Shown here one piece after another: positions 8,060-16,928 of a stretch of DNA of 60,216 nt. Numbering within the stretch: the stretch's first letter is position 1; every line of letters starts with the position of its first letter. A program made the position numbers and the translations under genes. The DNA comes from Anaerolineae bacterium (GTDB taxonomy: Bacteria; Chloroflexota; Anaerolineae; CG2-30-64-16), in NCBI GenBank assembly GCA_034429055.1, contig DAOUGK010000025.1, positions 1 through 60,216 on the forward strand, read 5' to 3'. The notes beneath the pieces are model-generated. The model was not told the origin of the DNA. It was given only the letters and a program-made list of their open reading frames with translations, and did not search any database.

Positions 8060-9409
8060 ATGTCCAGGAAGATCGTGACCCTCGTCAGCATGTTGATCGT
8101 GCTGGCAACCGTGCTGTCCGCTTGCGGCGGCTCGGCCACCCCGGCGCCGTCCACGGCAGCAGGCGGAGCGGCCCAGGCCCCCGCTGCGGATGCCAAAGTG
8201 ACCCTGAAGGTGCTCGTCCACCAGAATCCGCCCATGGTGGAGTTCATGAACACCTTCAATGAGAAGTTCCAGGCCAAATATCCCAACATCACCGTGGATA
8301 TGTCGGTCGTGAACGCCAACGACCTGAGCACCGTCACCCAGACCCGGCTGACCGCCAATGACGTGGATGTCGTAGATATCTTCGGCTTCGCGAATGCGGC
8401 CCAGCCGTACATGAAGAACGTCACCCAGCCCAATTGGCAGACCCTGATCGAGGCCGGCCTGTTGATGGACCTCACGGATCAGCCGTTCGTCAAGAACTAC
8501 GACGAGGCGACGATCAAGGACGCCGGTACCTACAACGGCAAGGTCTATTCGATCAACCTGGGCCGCGTTTCCTACAGCGGCATCTACTACAACAAGGACA
8601 TGTTCACTGCGAACAATGTTAAAGTCCCCACCACCTGGGGCGAGCTGGTGGCTGCCTGCGAAACCTTCAAAGCAGCCAACATCCCGTGCATGACCGCGGG
8701 CGGCAAGGACGGCTGGCCCATCTTCGTGGGCGCGTACGGCCTGACGGGCGCGCTCTATCCTGACCAGGCCGCCCTGGTCGAGGGGCTGTGGACCGGCAGC
8801 ATCAAGTGGAACGATGCCAAGGCCCTGGACATGTGGCAGCGGATGAAGGTCTACACCCAGGACATGATGGAATCGGGCGCCAGCGGCATCGCGGGTGACG
8901 CGGCGCCTGGGCGCTTTGCCTCCGGTGCGGTCGCCATGTTCCCCGGCGGCACCTGGTACGCCTCGGCCATCGACGCGGCCGAACCGGCCTTCGAGTGGGG
9001 CTACATCCCCTTCCCCGGCAGCGACAACGCCGACGACAACAAGTACCTGTTCGGCAAGTACGACCAGGGCTGGGCCGTAGCCGCCAAGACCGCCAACACG
9101 GACGCGGCCATGAAGTACCTGACCGAGTTCTCGGCCCCGGCCAACTACCAGGCGTTTGCCAATGCGGTCGGCTTCATCCCCACCCAGCCGGGCGCCAAGT
9201 TGGAAACCAAGATCGGCCAGGAAGTTGCACCGTATCTCGCCAACTTCCGCGTGGGCTTCGAGCAGTACTGGATCGCGCCGAAGGGCGCCGGCCAGTACGC
9301 CAACCCCTGGGCTTCGTACTTCAAGCCGTTCGGCGAATACGACGACCCGCAAGAACTGGCGAACAAGGTGCAGGCTGACCTGCAATCCGGGCTGGACGCG
9401 AACCAGTAG
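8060..9409 (+). CDS. ABC transporter extracellular solute-binding lipoprotein (CUT1/family-1 sugar-binding type, 449 aa)
   Basis: The ATG at 8060 is preceded by aaggag. The lipoprotein signal is MSRKIVTLVSMLIVLATVLSACGG. Size and composition are typical of sugar SBPs, and two permease genes follow. The upstream ORF extension from 7982 was rejected. Confidence 0.9.
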   Translation: MSRKIVTLVSMLIVLATVLSACGGSATPAPSTAAGGAAQAPAADAKVTLKVLVHQNPPMVEFMNTFNEKFQAKYPNITVDMSVVNANDLSTVTQTRLTANDVDVVDIFGFANAAQPYMKNVTQPNWQTLIEAGLLMDLTDQPFVKNYDEATIKDAGTYNGKVYSINLGRVSYSGIYYNKDMFTANNVKVPTTWGELVAACETFKAANIPCMTAGGKDGWPIFVGAYGLTGALYPDQAALVEGLWTGSIKWNDAKALDMWQRMKVYTQDMMESGASGIAGDAAPGRFASGAVAMFPGGTWYASAIDAAEPAFEWGYIPFPGSDNADDNKYLFGKYDQGWAVAAKTANTDAAMKYLTEFSAPANYQAFANAVGFIPTQPGAKLETKIGQEVAPYLANFRVGFEQYWIAPKGAGQYANPWASYFKPFGEYDDPQELANKVQADLQSGLDANQ

Positions 9410-9493
9410 GCCGTCAGCCGGACCGGCCTTCCCGCTGTGGGCTTCTCGTCCGATCTTCGAGAAGCCCACAGCCATATCGCATGGAGGCACGCC

Positions 9494-10420
9494 ATGAACT
9501 ATCACTTCGGTCACGGCAGGTCCAGGTGGCTGCCCTATCTGTTGCTCCTGCCAGGGATCTTCTTCTACCTGTTGATCAGCCTGGGCCCGTCGCTCGCAAC
9601 CGCCGTCTATTCGTTCACCGATGCCACCGGCATCAAGGGTGCGCCCATCAACTGGGTGGGGTTGGCGAACTATCGCGAATTCCTCTTCATGGGCCAGGCC
9701 TCGCTCGACAACTACAGCGCGCTCTGGCGTACGCTGATCTTCTGCTTCTTCGTGACGACCATCCAGTTCACCCTGGGGCTGGTCATTGCCCTGCTCGTGA
9801 ATCAGAAGCTGCGGGGCGTCAACTTCTTCCGCACCGTCTACTTCATGCCTGTCATCCTGGGCGCGGTAATCCAGGGCCTGATCTGGTCCCTCTTTCTCTA
9901 CCCCCTGGGCGGCCCGATGGCCCAGTTGTTGGGCCTGTTCGGGCTGAAGTCTGAGTTTCTCGGCGGGCAGGCCAGCCAGGCGTTCGCCTGGGTGATCGTC
10001 GTGCAGATCTGGGCCAACATGGGCACGACGATGATGATCTTCATCTCCGGCCTCCAGACCATTCCGGACGAACTTTACGAGGCGGCGCGCATCGATGGCG
10101 CCGGCTCGTGGCACGTCTTCCGCAACGTGGTGTGGCCCCTCCTGACGCCGGTCGTGAACACCAACCTGCTCCTGAACATCATCGGCTCGCTTCAGGCCTG
10201 GCAACTGTTCCTGGTGCTCCTCGGTTACCGCAACGGGACACAGGTTCTCGGCTATCTGATCTTCGCCCAAGGCTTCGGTCAGACCTCCGGCAGCGTCACC
10301 AGTGCGTTCCGGCAAGGCTATGCTGCAGCCGCCTCGATCGTGCTGTTCATCCTCGTGCTGGTGATCGGCATGATCGTCCAGACCGTGCTGCGGCGCAGAG
10401 AAGAAAGGGTCATGGGATGA
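9494..10420 (+). CDS. ABC sugar transporter permease (MalF/UgpA-like, 308 aa)
   Basis: Multiple TM segments are present. The EAA-type loop is IPDELYEAARIDGAGSWHVFRNVVWPLL. The ATG at 9494 follows ggagg. Confidence 0.92.
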   Translation: MNYHFGHGRSRWLPYLLLLPGIFFYLLISLGPSLATAVYSFTDATGIKGAPINWVGLANYREFLFMGQASLDNYSALWRTLIFCFFVTTIQFTLGLVIALLVNQKLRGVNFFRTVYFMPVILGAVIQGLIWSLFLYPLGGPMAQLLGLFGLKSEFLGGQASQAFAWVIVVQIWANMGTTMMIFISGLQTIPDELYEAARIDGAGSWHVFRNVVWPLLTPVVNTNLLLNIIGSLQAWQLFLVLLGYRNGTQVLGYLIFAQGFGQTSGSVTSAFRQGYAAAASIVLFILVLVIGMIVQTVLRRREERVMG

Positions 10421-11280
10421 GCACAACTGTTGCGACTGCACCAACTGCCCGGAAGGTGACCGATACCAGGACGATCAATTGGGGACGCATCCTCTCCTAT
10501 GTGCTCCTGGTGCTCTTCGCGATCATCTATCTGGGCCCGCTGCTCATGCTGGTCAGCACGTCTCTGAAGACGTTGCCCGACTTCATGAAGAACGCGACCT
10601 CCCTGCCCACGTCGCTGAACTTCAAGAATTTCACCGAGGCGTGGACGAGGGCCAATTTCCCCCGGTACCTGACCAACACCGTGCTCTACACGGTCTCCGC
10701 GACGGTCATCTACCTTGTCACGGCGGTGTTTGTCGCGTTCCCCATCTCGCGCGGCTACGTCAAGGGCGCCAAGGTCCTGCTGACCCTGTTCGTGATCGCC
10801 CTGTTCCTGCCCGTGGCGTTGATTCCCCAGTTCCAGCTGATGTTGTCGTTGGGGCTGTACAACAACCCGTTCGGCTACGTCCTGTTGTTCCTGGTGAACC
10901 CCATCGGGATCATCATCCTGGTCAACTACATCAAGACCCTTCCGAAAGAGATGGATGAGGCGGCCGCGATCGACGGCTGCGGCTACTTCCGTTTCGTGCT
11001 TACCGTGGTCTTCCCGCTGATCCAGCCGGCCATCGCCACGGTGGCCGTGCTGCACGCCATCGGCATCTGGAACGAGCTGATCCTGCCGACCATCTACCTG
11101 ACCAACCAGAACTACTATCCCATCACGCGCGGCATGATCGTGTTCCAGGGCGTCTACGGCAGCAACTGGCCGACGCTGGCAGCCGCGGTCCTGATCATGA
11201 CGCTGCCGATGGTCATCATCTTCCTGGTGCTGCAGCGCTACATCGTGTCCGGCCTGACCCAAGGCGCGGTCAAAGGCTAG
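10417..11280 (+). CDS. ABC sugar transporter permease (MalG/UgpE-like, 287 aa)
   Basis: The start overlaps the upstream stop (ATGA at 10417-10420). The EAA loop is LPKEMDEAAAIDGCGYFRFVLTVVFPLI. Six hydrophobic segments are present. Confidence 0.92.
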   Translation: MSTTVATAPTARKVTDTRTINWGRILSYVLLVLFAIIYLGPLLMLVSTSLKTLPDFMKNATSLPTSLNFKNFTEAWTRANFPRYLTNTVLYTVSATVIYLVTAVFVAFPISRGYVKGAKVLLTLFVIALFLPVALIPQFQLMLSLGLYNNPFGYVLLFLVNPIGIIILVNYIKTLPKEMDEAAAIDGCGYFRFVLTVVFPLIQPAIATVAVLHAIGIWNELILPTIYLTNQNYYPITRGMIVFQGVYGSNWPTLAAAVLIMTLPMVIIFLVLQRYIVSGLTQGAVKG

Positions 11281-11517
11281 TAGTGCGCCACGCTGATTTT
11301 GAGGAGCGTAGCGTAGCCCCTTGTGGGCGTAGCTGCGTGTGCGTCAGGGCGGGCACAAGGCCCTAGTAGTGCGCCACGCTGATTTTGAGGAACGTAGCGT
11401 AGCCCCTTGTGGGCGTAGCCGCGTGGGCGTCCGGACGGGCACAAGGCCCTAGACTACACATCATGATCACCGTGGCGAGGTACTAGACGGCACATCATGT
11501 TCACCGTGACGAGGTAC
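11278..11517. repeat. Compound intergenic tandem repeat: 2 x 86 bp followed by 2 x 34 bp
   Basis: The 86-bp units at 11278-11363 and 11364-11449 both begin tagtagtgcgccacgctgattttgagga and contain tagccccttgtgggcgta...cgggcacaaggccc. The 34-bp units are at 11450-11483 and 11484-11517 (tagacNNcacatcatgNtcaccgtgNcgaggtac). Confidence 0.9.
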
Positions 11518-11534
11518 TGGAGTCTGTTTTCACA

Positions 11535-11569
11535 GTTGTTTCGGGCGGCTCCCGGCCGCCCGAAACAAC
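11535..11569 (+). other. 15-bp perfect stem-loop 12 nt upstream of the GH16 start codon (function unknown)
   Basis: gttgtttcgggcggc (11535-11549) pairs with gccgcccgaaacaac (11555-11569) around a 5-nt loop. No U-tract follows on either strand. Confidence 0.6.
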
Positions 11570-11581
11570 CGAAGGGACAAA

Positions 11582-12391
11582 ATGAAGAAGACACGTGCCG
11601 TAACCCTTCTCCTGACGCTGATACTGCTGCTGACAGCCTGCGCGCCCGCTGCCACGCCCGTCCCTGTGCCGGAGGGTTGGCAGTTGGTCTGGCACGACGA
11701 ATTCGACGGCAAGGCGGTTGACAAGGCCAACTGGACCTACGACCTCGGCGGCTCGGGGTGGGGCAATGGGGAGGCCCAATTCTACACCGACCGGCCGGAA
11801 AACGCGCACGTCGAGGATGGTCTGCTCATCATCGAGGCCAGGCAGGAAAAGTACGAGGGCTCCTACTACACCTCAGCGCGGCTGAAGACGCAAGGGCTGC
11901 AGGAATTCCAGTACGGCCGGATCGAGGCGCGCATCAAGGTGCCCGCCGGCGCAGGGCTGTGGCCCGCGTTCTGGATGTTAGGCGCAGGCTTCGACGGCAC
12001 GAACTGGCCCGATTGCGGCGAAATTGATATCATGGAGTACGTTGGCCGTGAGCCGGACCTGGTCATGGGCACTGCCCACGGGCCGGGCTATTCGGGCGCG
12101 CTCGGATTGAGCCGGTGGAACCGGCAGACCTACAACCTCGCCGACGATTTCCACACCTTCGCCATCGAATGGCAGGCCGGCCAGATCAAATGGTTCTATG
12201 ACGGCGCCGAGTATTTCACACTGACCAGCGCCGATGTAGGCGACCGCCAGTGGGTCTTTGACCAGCCGTTCTTCATCATCCTGAACCTGGCGATAGGAGG
12301 CACGCTGGGCGGCACGATCGGCCTCGACACGGCTTTCCCCACGCAGTTGCAGGTGGACTACGTACGGGTCTTTCAGGTGGCGGACTCGTAA
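11582..12391 (+). CDS. GH16 beta-1,3(-1,4)-glucanase / laminarinase-type lipoprotein (269 aa)
   Basis: The lipobox is LLLTACAP. GH16 laminarinase-type motifs are present: GLWPAFWMLG, the catalytic GEIDIMEY, and FHTFAIEW. Confidence 0.9.
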   Translation: MKKTRAVTLLLTLILLLTACAPAATPVPVPEGWQLVWHDEFDGKAVDKANWTYDLGGSGWGNGEAQFYTDRPENAHVEDGLLIIEARQEKYEGSYYTSARLKTQGLQEFQYGRIEARIKVPAGAGLWPAFWMLGAGFDGTNWPDCGEIDIMEYVGREPDLVMGTAHGPGYSGALGLSRWNRQTYNLADDFHTFAIEWQAGQIKWFYDGAEYFTLTSADVGDRQWVFDQPFFIILNLAIGGTLGGTIGLDTAFPTQLQVDYVRVFQVADS

Positions 12392-12450
12392 CGCCAAGCT
12401 CTGCGGGTTCCATGAACCCGCAGAGCCCATATCGTCAGAGGAGTTCAGTC

Positions 12451-15400
12451 ATGAAGCTAACGACCACTTTTGTTAATTTGGCCGCGATTCTGAGTCTGCT
12501 GCTCGGCGGCGCGCTCGTGCTCCCCGGCCCGCAGGCTCAGGCGCGGGTGGCGGCCGCGAGCGCCGCGCTGCCCCTCGTGGACGACTTCGAGGCCGGGCTG
12601 CCGGCCGGGCAGGATGGTTCGGTGCCGATCGGGTTCAACACCTTCGCGGACCCCAACAGCACGGCTGCAATCTCGACCACCAATGCGGATCCGGCGCCGT
12701 CAGTGCCGGGGCGGGGCGCGGGGAACCATGTTCTGAAGCTGGACCTCAATGTCGTGGCATGGGCCGGCGTCACCCATGCCTTCGAGAATGCCGGGGCCAC
12801 GGCCTGGGTGACCCAGGATTGGAGCGCGTACGCAGGCATCTCCTTCTATCTCTACGGCACGGGGACGGGCACTGACCTGTTCATGGATGTGCTCGACAAC
12901 CGTAACCCCGGCTCGACCAGGGACGACGCCGAGCGCTGGACCCTGGCCTTCAAGGACGATTTCACCGGCTGGAAGCTGATCGAGCTCCCGTTCGCCAGCA
13001 TGACCCGCAAGGAGATCGGCAACGGCGCGCCGAACGACGGCTTCGGGCTGACCGAGGTGCACGGCTGGGGCTTCGGCACGCTGGGCACGGGCGGCGCAAA
13101 GGCCTACTACCTGGACGATGTATCGGTCTACGGTGTTGCACCAGTCAAGCCGCTGACGGTCGGCTTTAATACGCTCAACTATCCGGTCACCGAGGGCGAT
13201 GCTGCAACGATCACGGCCAAGCTCAGCAAGCCTTCCGCCGATGTGGTGACGGTGGATTATGCGACGACCTCCGGCCCCGCAGTTGCGAATCGCGACTATG
13301 TGCCGACCTCCGGTACGTTGACCTTCCCGCCGGGCGTCACCCAGCAGTCGTTCGCGGTGCAGACGATTGACGACGCCAAGTTCCAGGGCGAACGCGGCGT
13401 GCTGGTCGAGCTGTCCAACCCGACCGGCGGCCTCGCGATGGGCATGCCGCCGTTGGCGCGGGTGAACATCCTGGACAATGAGGCGTACTACCCGCCGCTG
13501 CTGGACGACTTCGAGACCTATCCGTACCTCTGGTCCGCGACCCCGCGCGCGGCCCTGTCCAACCCGGAGATTGCCGCGGGCGACATGCTGGCGCTGCCGG
13601 GCCAGGGCGCGTACGAGCACGTGCTCCAGGTCGGTCCACAGCGCCTCAGCTATCTGCCGCTCATGGCGCACAAGGGTCTCGCAGCACCCCCGCCTGTCCA
13701 GCAGCCCGCCGCGCCGCCCACCCAACGCTTTGGCCGCACCTTCCCTGTCGGCCAGGACTGGAGCGCCGCGTCGGGGTTGAGCTTCTGGTACTACGGCCGC
13801 AACAGCGGCAAAGCGGTCCAGGTTGCGCTGACCAACGACCTGGCGGCTCCGACCAATCCCGCGAACTGGCAGCTTGTCTGGCGCGATGAGTTCAATACGG
13901 CTGCCGGCGCCCCGCCCAACCCGCGCGTCTGGGGCAACGAGGTCGGCGACGGCACCGTCAACGGCATCCCCGGCTGGGGCAACGATGAGCTGGAGTATTA
14001 CACCCCAGGCGGCACGAACGCATCCACCGACGGCCAGGGCCACCTGGTAATCACCACCGCGGCAGCTGACGGCTCGCTGCAGTGCTACTATGGACCCTGC
14101 AAGTACACCTCGGCGCGGCTGCTGACCAAGAACCGGTTCGAGGTCGCCTACGGCCGGGTCGAGGCGCGCGTCAAAGTGCCCGTCGGCGCCGGGCTCTGGC
14201 CGGCGTTCTGGATGCTCGGCACGGACATCGACCGGGTCGGCTGGCCGCTGACCGGCGAAATCGACATCATGGAGCACGTCGGGCGCCTGCCCAACGAGAT
14301 CTTCGGCACCCTGCACGGCCCCGGCTATTCGGGCGGCAACAGCTACGGCAAGGTCGTCGATCTGGGCAAACCGGTCGCCGATGAATTCCATACCTTCGCG
14401 GTGGAATGGCAGCCGAATAAGATCACCTGGTTCCTGGACGGCGTCGCTTACTTCACGGCGACCCCGGCCGATCCGTTCCTTGCGGGCAAGCAGTGGGTCT
14501 ACAACCACCCGTTCTACATGCTGCTGAACGTGGCGGTCGGCGGCAACTTCGGCGGGGCAGTCAGCCCCGACACGGTCTTCCCGCAGCAGACCCTGGTGGA
14601 CTACGTGCGCCTCTACCAGGCTGCGCCGCAGCCCGTGTCGTTTGCGACGTCGTTCGTCGACAACTTCAGCGGCTGGCAGCAGATCAGCCTCCCCTTCACC
14701 GCCTTCAAGGACGCGGTGGGAACCACGCTGGACCCGTCGGCCGTGCGGTCGATCAGCTTCGGCGTACCGGCTCCCCTGCGCACTCCGGTGCTGCTCGACC
14801 AGGTGCGCCTGACGTACGACGATGCCACGCCGCCAACGGTGGACATCACCAGCAGCGCGGCCGGCCAGACGGCGGCGGGCCCGGTCACGTTCACCTTCAC
14901 GTTCAGCGAAGACATCGGCACGAGCTTCACCGCCGATGACATCGCGGTCACGGGCGGCGCAGCGGGCACCTTCACGCGCGTCAGCGGCACGCTGGCGACG
15001 TTGGTTGTGACGCCGCCTGCGAATGCGACCGGCACGATCACCGTCAGCGTGGCGGCGGGCAAGTTCTACGACCTTGCCTACAATGCCAACACGGCCGCGG
15101 CCTCTCTCGATCAAGTTTACGACACGAAGAGTGTTGTGCTGAACGGGCTGCCGGTGACGTTTGACGACCCGGCGGTGACGTACACGCTGACGGGCTTCGG
15201 CGGGGCTGAGGCGGCGAGCGTGGTGACCGACCCAGCGGGCGGCACGAACAAGGTGGCGCAGGTCACCAAGTCGGCGACGGCGGAGCTGTGGGCGGGCGTG
15301 ACCGTCTCGACCGAGCCGGGCAACTCGCTCGCACCGATTCCGTTCACCGCGACGGCCAAGACCATCACGGTGCGGGTGTGGTCGCCCACGGCGGGTGTGC

Positions 15401-16680
15401 CGATCCGGCTGAAGGTGGAAGACGCGTCGGACGGCAGCAAGAGCTGCGAGACGGAGGCGACAACGACGGTGGCGAACGCCTGGGAGACGCTGACCTTCGA
15501 CTTCGCCAACCCGGCTGCGGGCACCGCACCGCTGAACCTGGCGACGACCTACAACCGCATGTCGGTGTTCCCGAACTTCGGCAAGACCGGTGCGCAGATC
15601 GGCGGCGCGTCGACCTACTACTTCGACGACTTCGCAATGGGCGGCGGTGTCGTGCTGAACGGGCTGCCGGTGACGTTCGATGACCCGGCGGTGACGTACA
15701 CGCTGACGGGCTTCGGCGGGGCCGAGGCGGCGAGCGTGGTGGCCGACCCGGCGGGCGGCACGAACAAGGTGGCGCAGGTCACCAAGTCGGCGACGGCGGA
15801 GCTGTGGGCGGGCGTGACCGTTTCGACCGAGCCGGGCAACTCGCTTGCACCGATTCCGTTCACCGCGACGGCCAAGACGATCACGGTGCGGGTGTGGTCG
15901 CCCACCGCGGGTGTGCCGATCCGGCTGAAGGTGGAGGACGCGGCGGACGGCAGCAAGAGCTGCGAGACGGAGGCGACGACCACGGTGGCAAACGCCTGGG
16001 AGACGCTGACCTTCGACTTCGCCAACCCGGCCGCGGGCACCGCGCCGCTCAACCTGGCGACGACCTACAACCGGATGTCGGTGTTCCCGAACTTCGGCAA
16101 GACCGGCGCACAGATCGGCGGCGCGTCGACCTACTACTTCGACGACTTTGCGATGGGCGGCGGTGTTGTGCTGAACGGGCTGCCGGTGACGTTCGACGAC
16201 CCGGCGGTGACGTACACGCTGACGGGCTTCGGCGGGGCCGAGGCGGCGAGCGTGGTGACCGACCCGGCGGGCGGCACGAACAAGGTGGCCCAGGTGGCCA
16301 AGTCGGCCACGGCGGAGCTGTGGGCGGGCGTGACGGTCTCGACGGAGCCGGGCAACTCGCTCGCACCGATTCCGTTCACCGCGACGGCCAAGACGATCAC
16401 GGTGCGGGTGTGGTCGCCCACGGCAGGCGTGCCGATCCGGCTGAAGGTGGAGGACGCGGCGGACGGCAGCAAGAGCTGCGAGACGGAGGCGACGACCACG
16501 GTGGCAAACGCCTGGGAGACGCTGACCTTCGACTTCGCCAACCCGGCTGCGGGCACCGCGCCGCTGAACCTGGCGACGACCTACAACCGCATGTCGGTGT
16601 TCCCGAACTTCGGCAAGACCGGCGCACAGATCGGCGGCGCATCGACCTACTACTTCGACGACTTCGCCTTCGTGCCCTGA
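12451..16680 (+). CDS. Secreted multidomain GH16 glucanase (1409 aa): CBM11-like modules, Calx-beta, GH16 catalytic domain, Ig-like domain, three C-terminal CBM-like modules
   Basis: - The ATG at 12451 follows gaggag; the signal peptide is MKLTTTFVNLAAILSLLLGGALVLPGPQAQA.
- DDFE-type beta-sandwich modules are present.
- Calx-beta pattern: VTVDYATTSGPAVANRDYVPTSGTLTFPPGVTQQSFAVQTIDD.
- GH16 core: GLWPAFWMLG, GEIDIMEH, FHTFAVEW.
- Ig-like segment: PPTVDITSSAAGQTAAGPVTFTFTFSEDI.
- Three modules of 172 aa each follow. Confidence 0.9.
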   Translation: MKLTTTFVNLAAILSLLLGGALVLPGPQAQARVAAASAALPLVDDFEAGLPAGQDGSVPIGFNTFADPNSTAAISTTNADPAPSVPGRGAGNHVLKLDLNVVAWAGVTHAFENAGATAWVTQDWSAYAGISFYLYGTGTGTDLFMDVLDNRNPGSTRDDAERWTLAFKDDFTGWKLIELPFASMTRKEIGNGAPNDGFGLTEVHGWGFGTLGTGGAKAYYLDDVSVYGVAPVKPLTVGFNTLNYPVTEGDAATITAKLSKPSADVVTVDYATTSGPAVANRDYVPTSGTLTFPPGVTQQSFAVQTIDDAKFQGERGVLVELSNPTGGLAMGMPPLARVNILDNEAYYPPLLDDFETYPYLWSATPRAALSNPEIAAGDMLALPGQGAYEHVLQVGPQRLSYLPLMAHKGLAAPPPVQQPAAPPTQRFGRTFPVGQDWSAASGLSFWYYGRNSGKAVQVALTNDLAAPTNPANWQLVWRDEFNTAAGAPPNPRVWGNEVGDGTVNGIPGWGNDELEYYTPGGTNASTDGQGHLVITTAAADGSLQCYYGPCKYTSARLLTKNRFEVAYGRVEARVKVPVGAGLWPAFWMLGTDIDRVGWPLTGEIDIMEHVGRLPNEIFGTLHGPGYSGGNSYGKVVDLGKPVADEFHTFAVEWQPNKITWFLDGVAYFTATPADPFLAGKQWVYNHPFYMLLNVAVGGNFGGAVSPDTVFPQQTLVDYVRLYQAAPQPVSFATSFVDNFSGWQQISLPFTAFKDAVGTTLDPSAVRSISFGVPAPLRTPVLLDQVRLTYDDATPPTVDITSSAAGQTAAGPVTFTFTFSEDIGTSFTADDIAVTGGAAGTFTRVSGTLATLVVTPPANATGTITVSVAAGKFYDLAYNANTAAASLDQVYDTKSVVLNGLPVTFDDPAVTYTLTGFGGAEAASVVTDPAGGTNKVAQVTKSATAELWAGVTVSTEPGNSLAPIPFTATAKTITVRVWSPTAGVPIRLKVEDASDGSKSCETEATTTVANAWETLTFDFANPAAGTAPLNLATTYNRMSVFPNFGKTGAQIGGASTYYFDDFAMGGGVVLNGLPVTFDDPAVTYTLTGFGGAEAASVVADPAGGTNKVAQVTKSATAELWAGVTVSTEPGNSLAPIPFTATAKTITVRVWSPTAGVPIRLKVEDAADGSKSCETEATTTVANAWETLTFDFANPAAGTAPLNLATTYNRMSVFPNFGKTGAQIGGASTYYFDDFAMGGGVVLNGLPVTFDDPAVTYTLTGFGGAEAASVVTDPAGGTNKVAQVAKSATAELWAGVTVSTEPGNSLAPIPFTATAKTITVRVWSPTAGVPIRLKVEDAADGSKSCETEATTTVANAWETLTFDFANPAAGTAPLNLATTYNRMSVFPNFGKTGAQIGGASTYYFDDFAFVP
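15133..16677. repeat. Three tandem 516-bp near-identical coding repeats (172-aa modules)
   Basis: The units start at 15133, 15649 and 16165 (VVLNGLPVTFDDPAVTYTLTGFGG...). They differ by 1-3 aa per 172, plus scattered synonymous changes. Confidence 0.95.
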
Positions 16681-16697
16681 TTCACATAAGTGCCTAT

Positions 16698-16768
16698 CCG
16701 AAAAAGGGGTAGCATAGCCCCTTGTGGGCGTACTAACGGGCACAAGGCCCTAGACTACGACTTTTCGG
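16698..16768. repeat. REP/MITE-like intergenic element, related to the core of the 86-bp repeats at 11278-11449
   Basis: It shares tagccccttgtgggcgta...cgggcacaaggccctagacta with the copies at 11278-11455. It is flanked by the 7-bp inverted repeat ccgaaaa (16698-16704) / ttttcgg (16762-16768). Confidence 0.8.
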
Positions 16769-16875
16769 TAGACACTAAGGGCTCGTAAAAGAATAAGTTC
16801 CGCCGCTGGCACGGTCGGAGACCGGCCAGAGCAGGAAGTAATACTTTTACAGACCCTAAGCCTCCTGAGCGGAAC

Positions 16876-16911
16876 TTTGCACCGCCTGCATCAGCTCGCA
16901 GGCGGTGCAAA
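16876..16911 (+). other. 14-bp perfect stem-loop / palindrome 17 nt upstream of the phosphorylase-like gene start (function unknown)
   Basis: tttgcaccgcctgc (16876-16889) pairs with gcaggcggtgcaaa (16898-16911) around an 8-nt loop. No U-tract follows. Confidence 0.6.
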
Positions 16912-16928
16912 TTGAAAGCGAACACACC

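Noticed and set aside
8006-10444. 812-aa ORF on the minus strand, and similar long antisense ORFs (176-1156 +, 4778-5797 -, 12700-16743 -, 18957-20111 -, 21231-23063 -, 27140-28768 +, 28827-29903 +, plus their mirrors)
   Set aside because: These are shadow ORFs typical of high-GC DNA. They are Arg/Gly/Pro/His-rich and low in complexity, have no recognisable domains, and each fully overlaps a well-supported gene on the other strand.
11278-11517. Possible CRISPR array (also considered for 7881-7941)
   Set aside because: The units are directly abutting tandem repeats with no unique spacers. The unit sizes (86, 34 and 15 bp) are atypical, and no cas genes are present.
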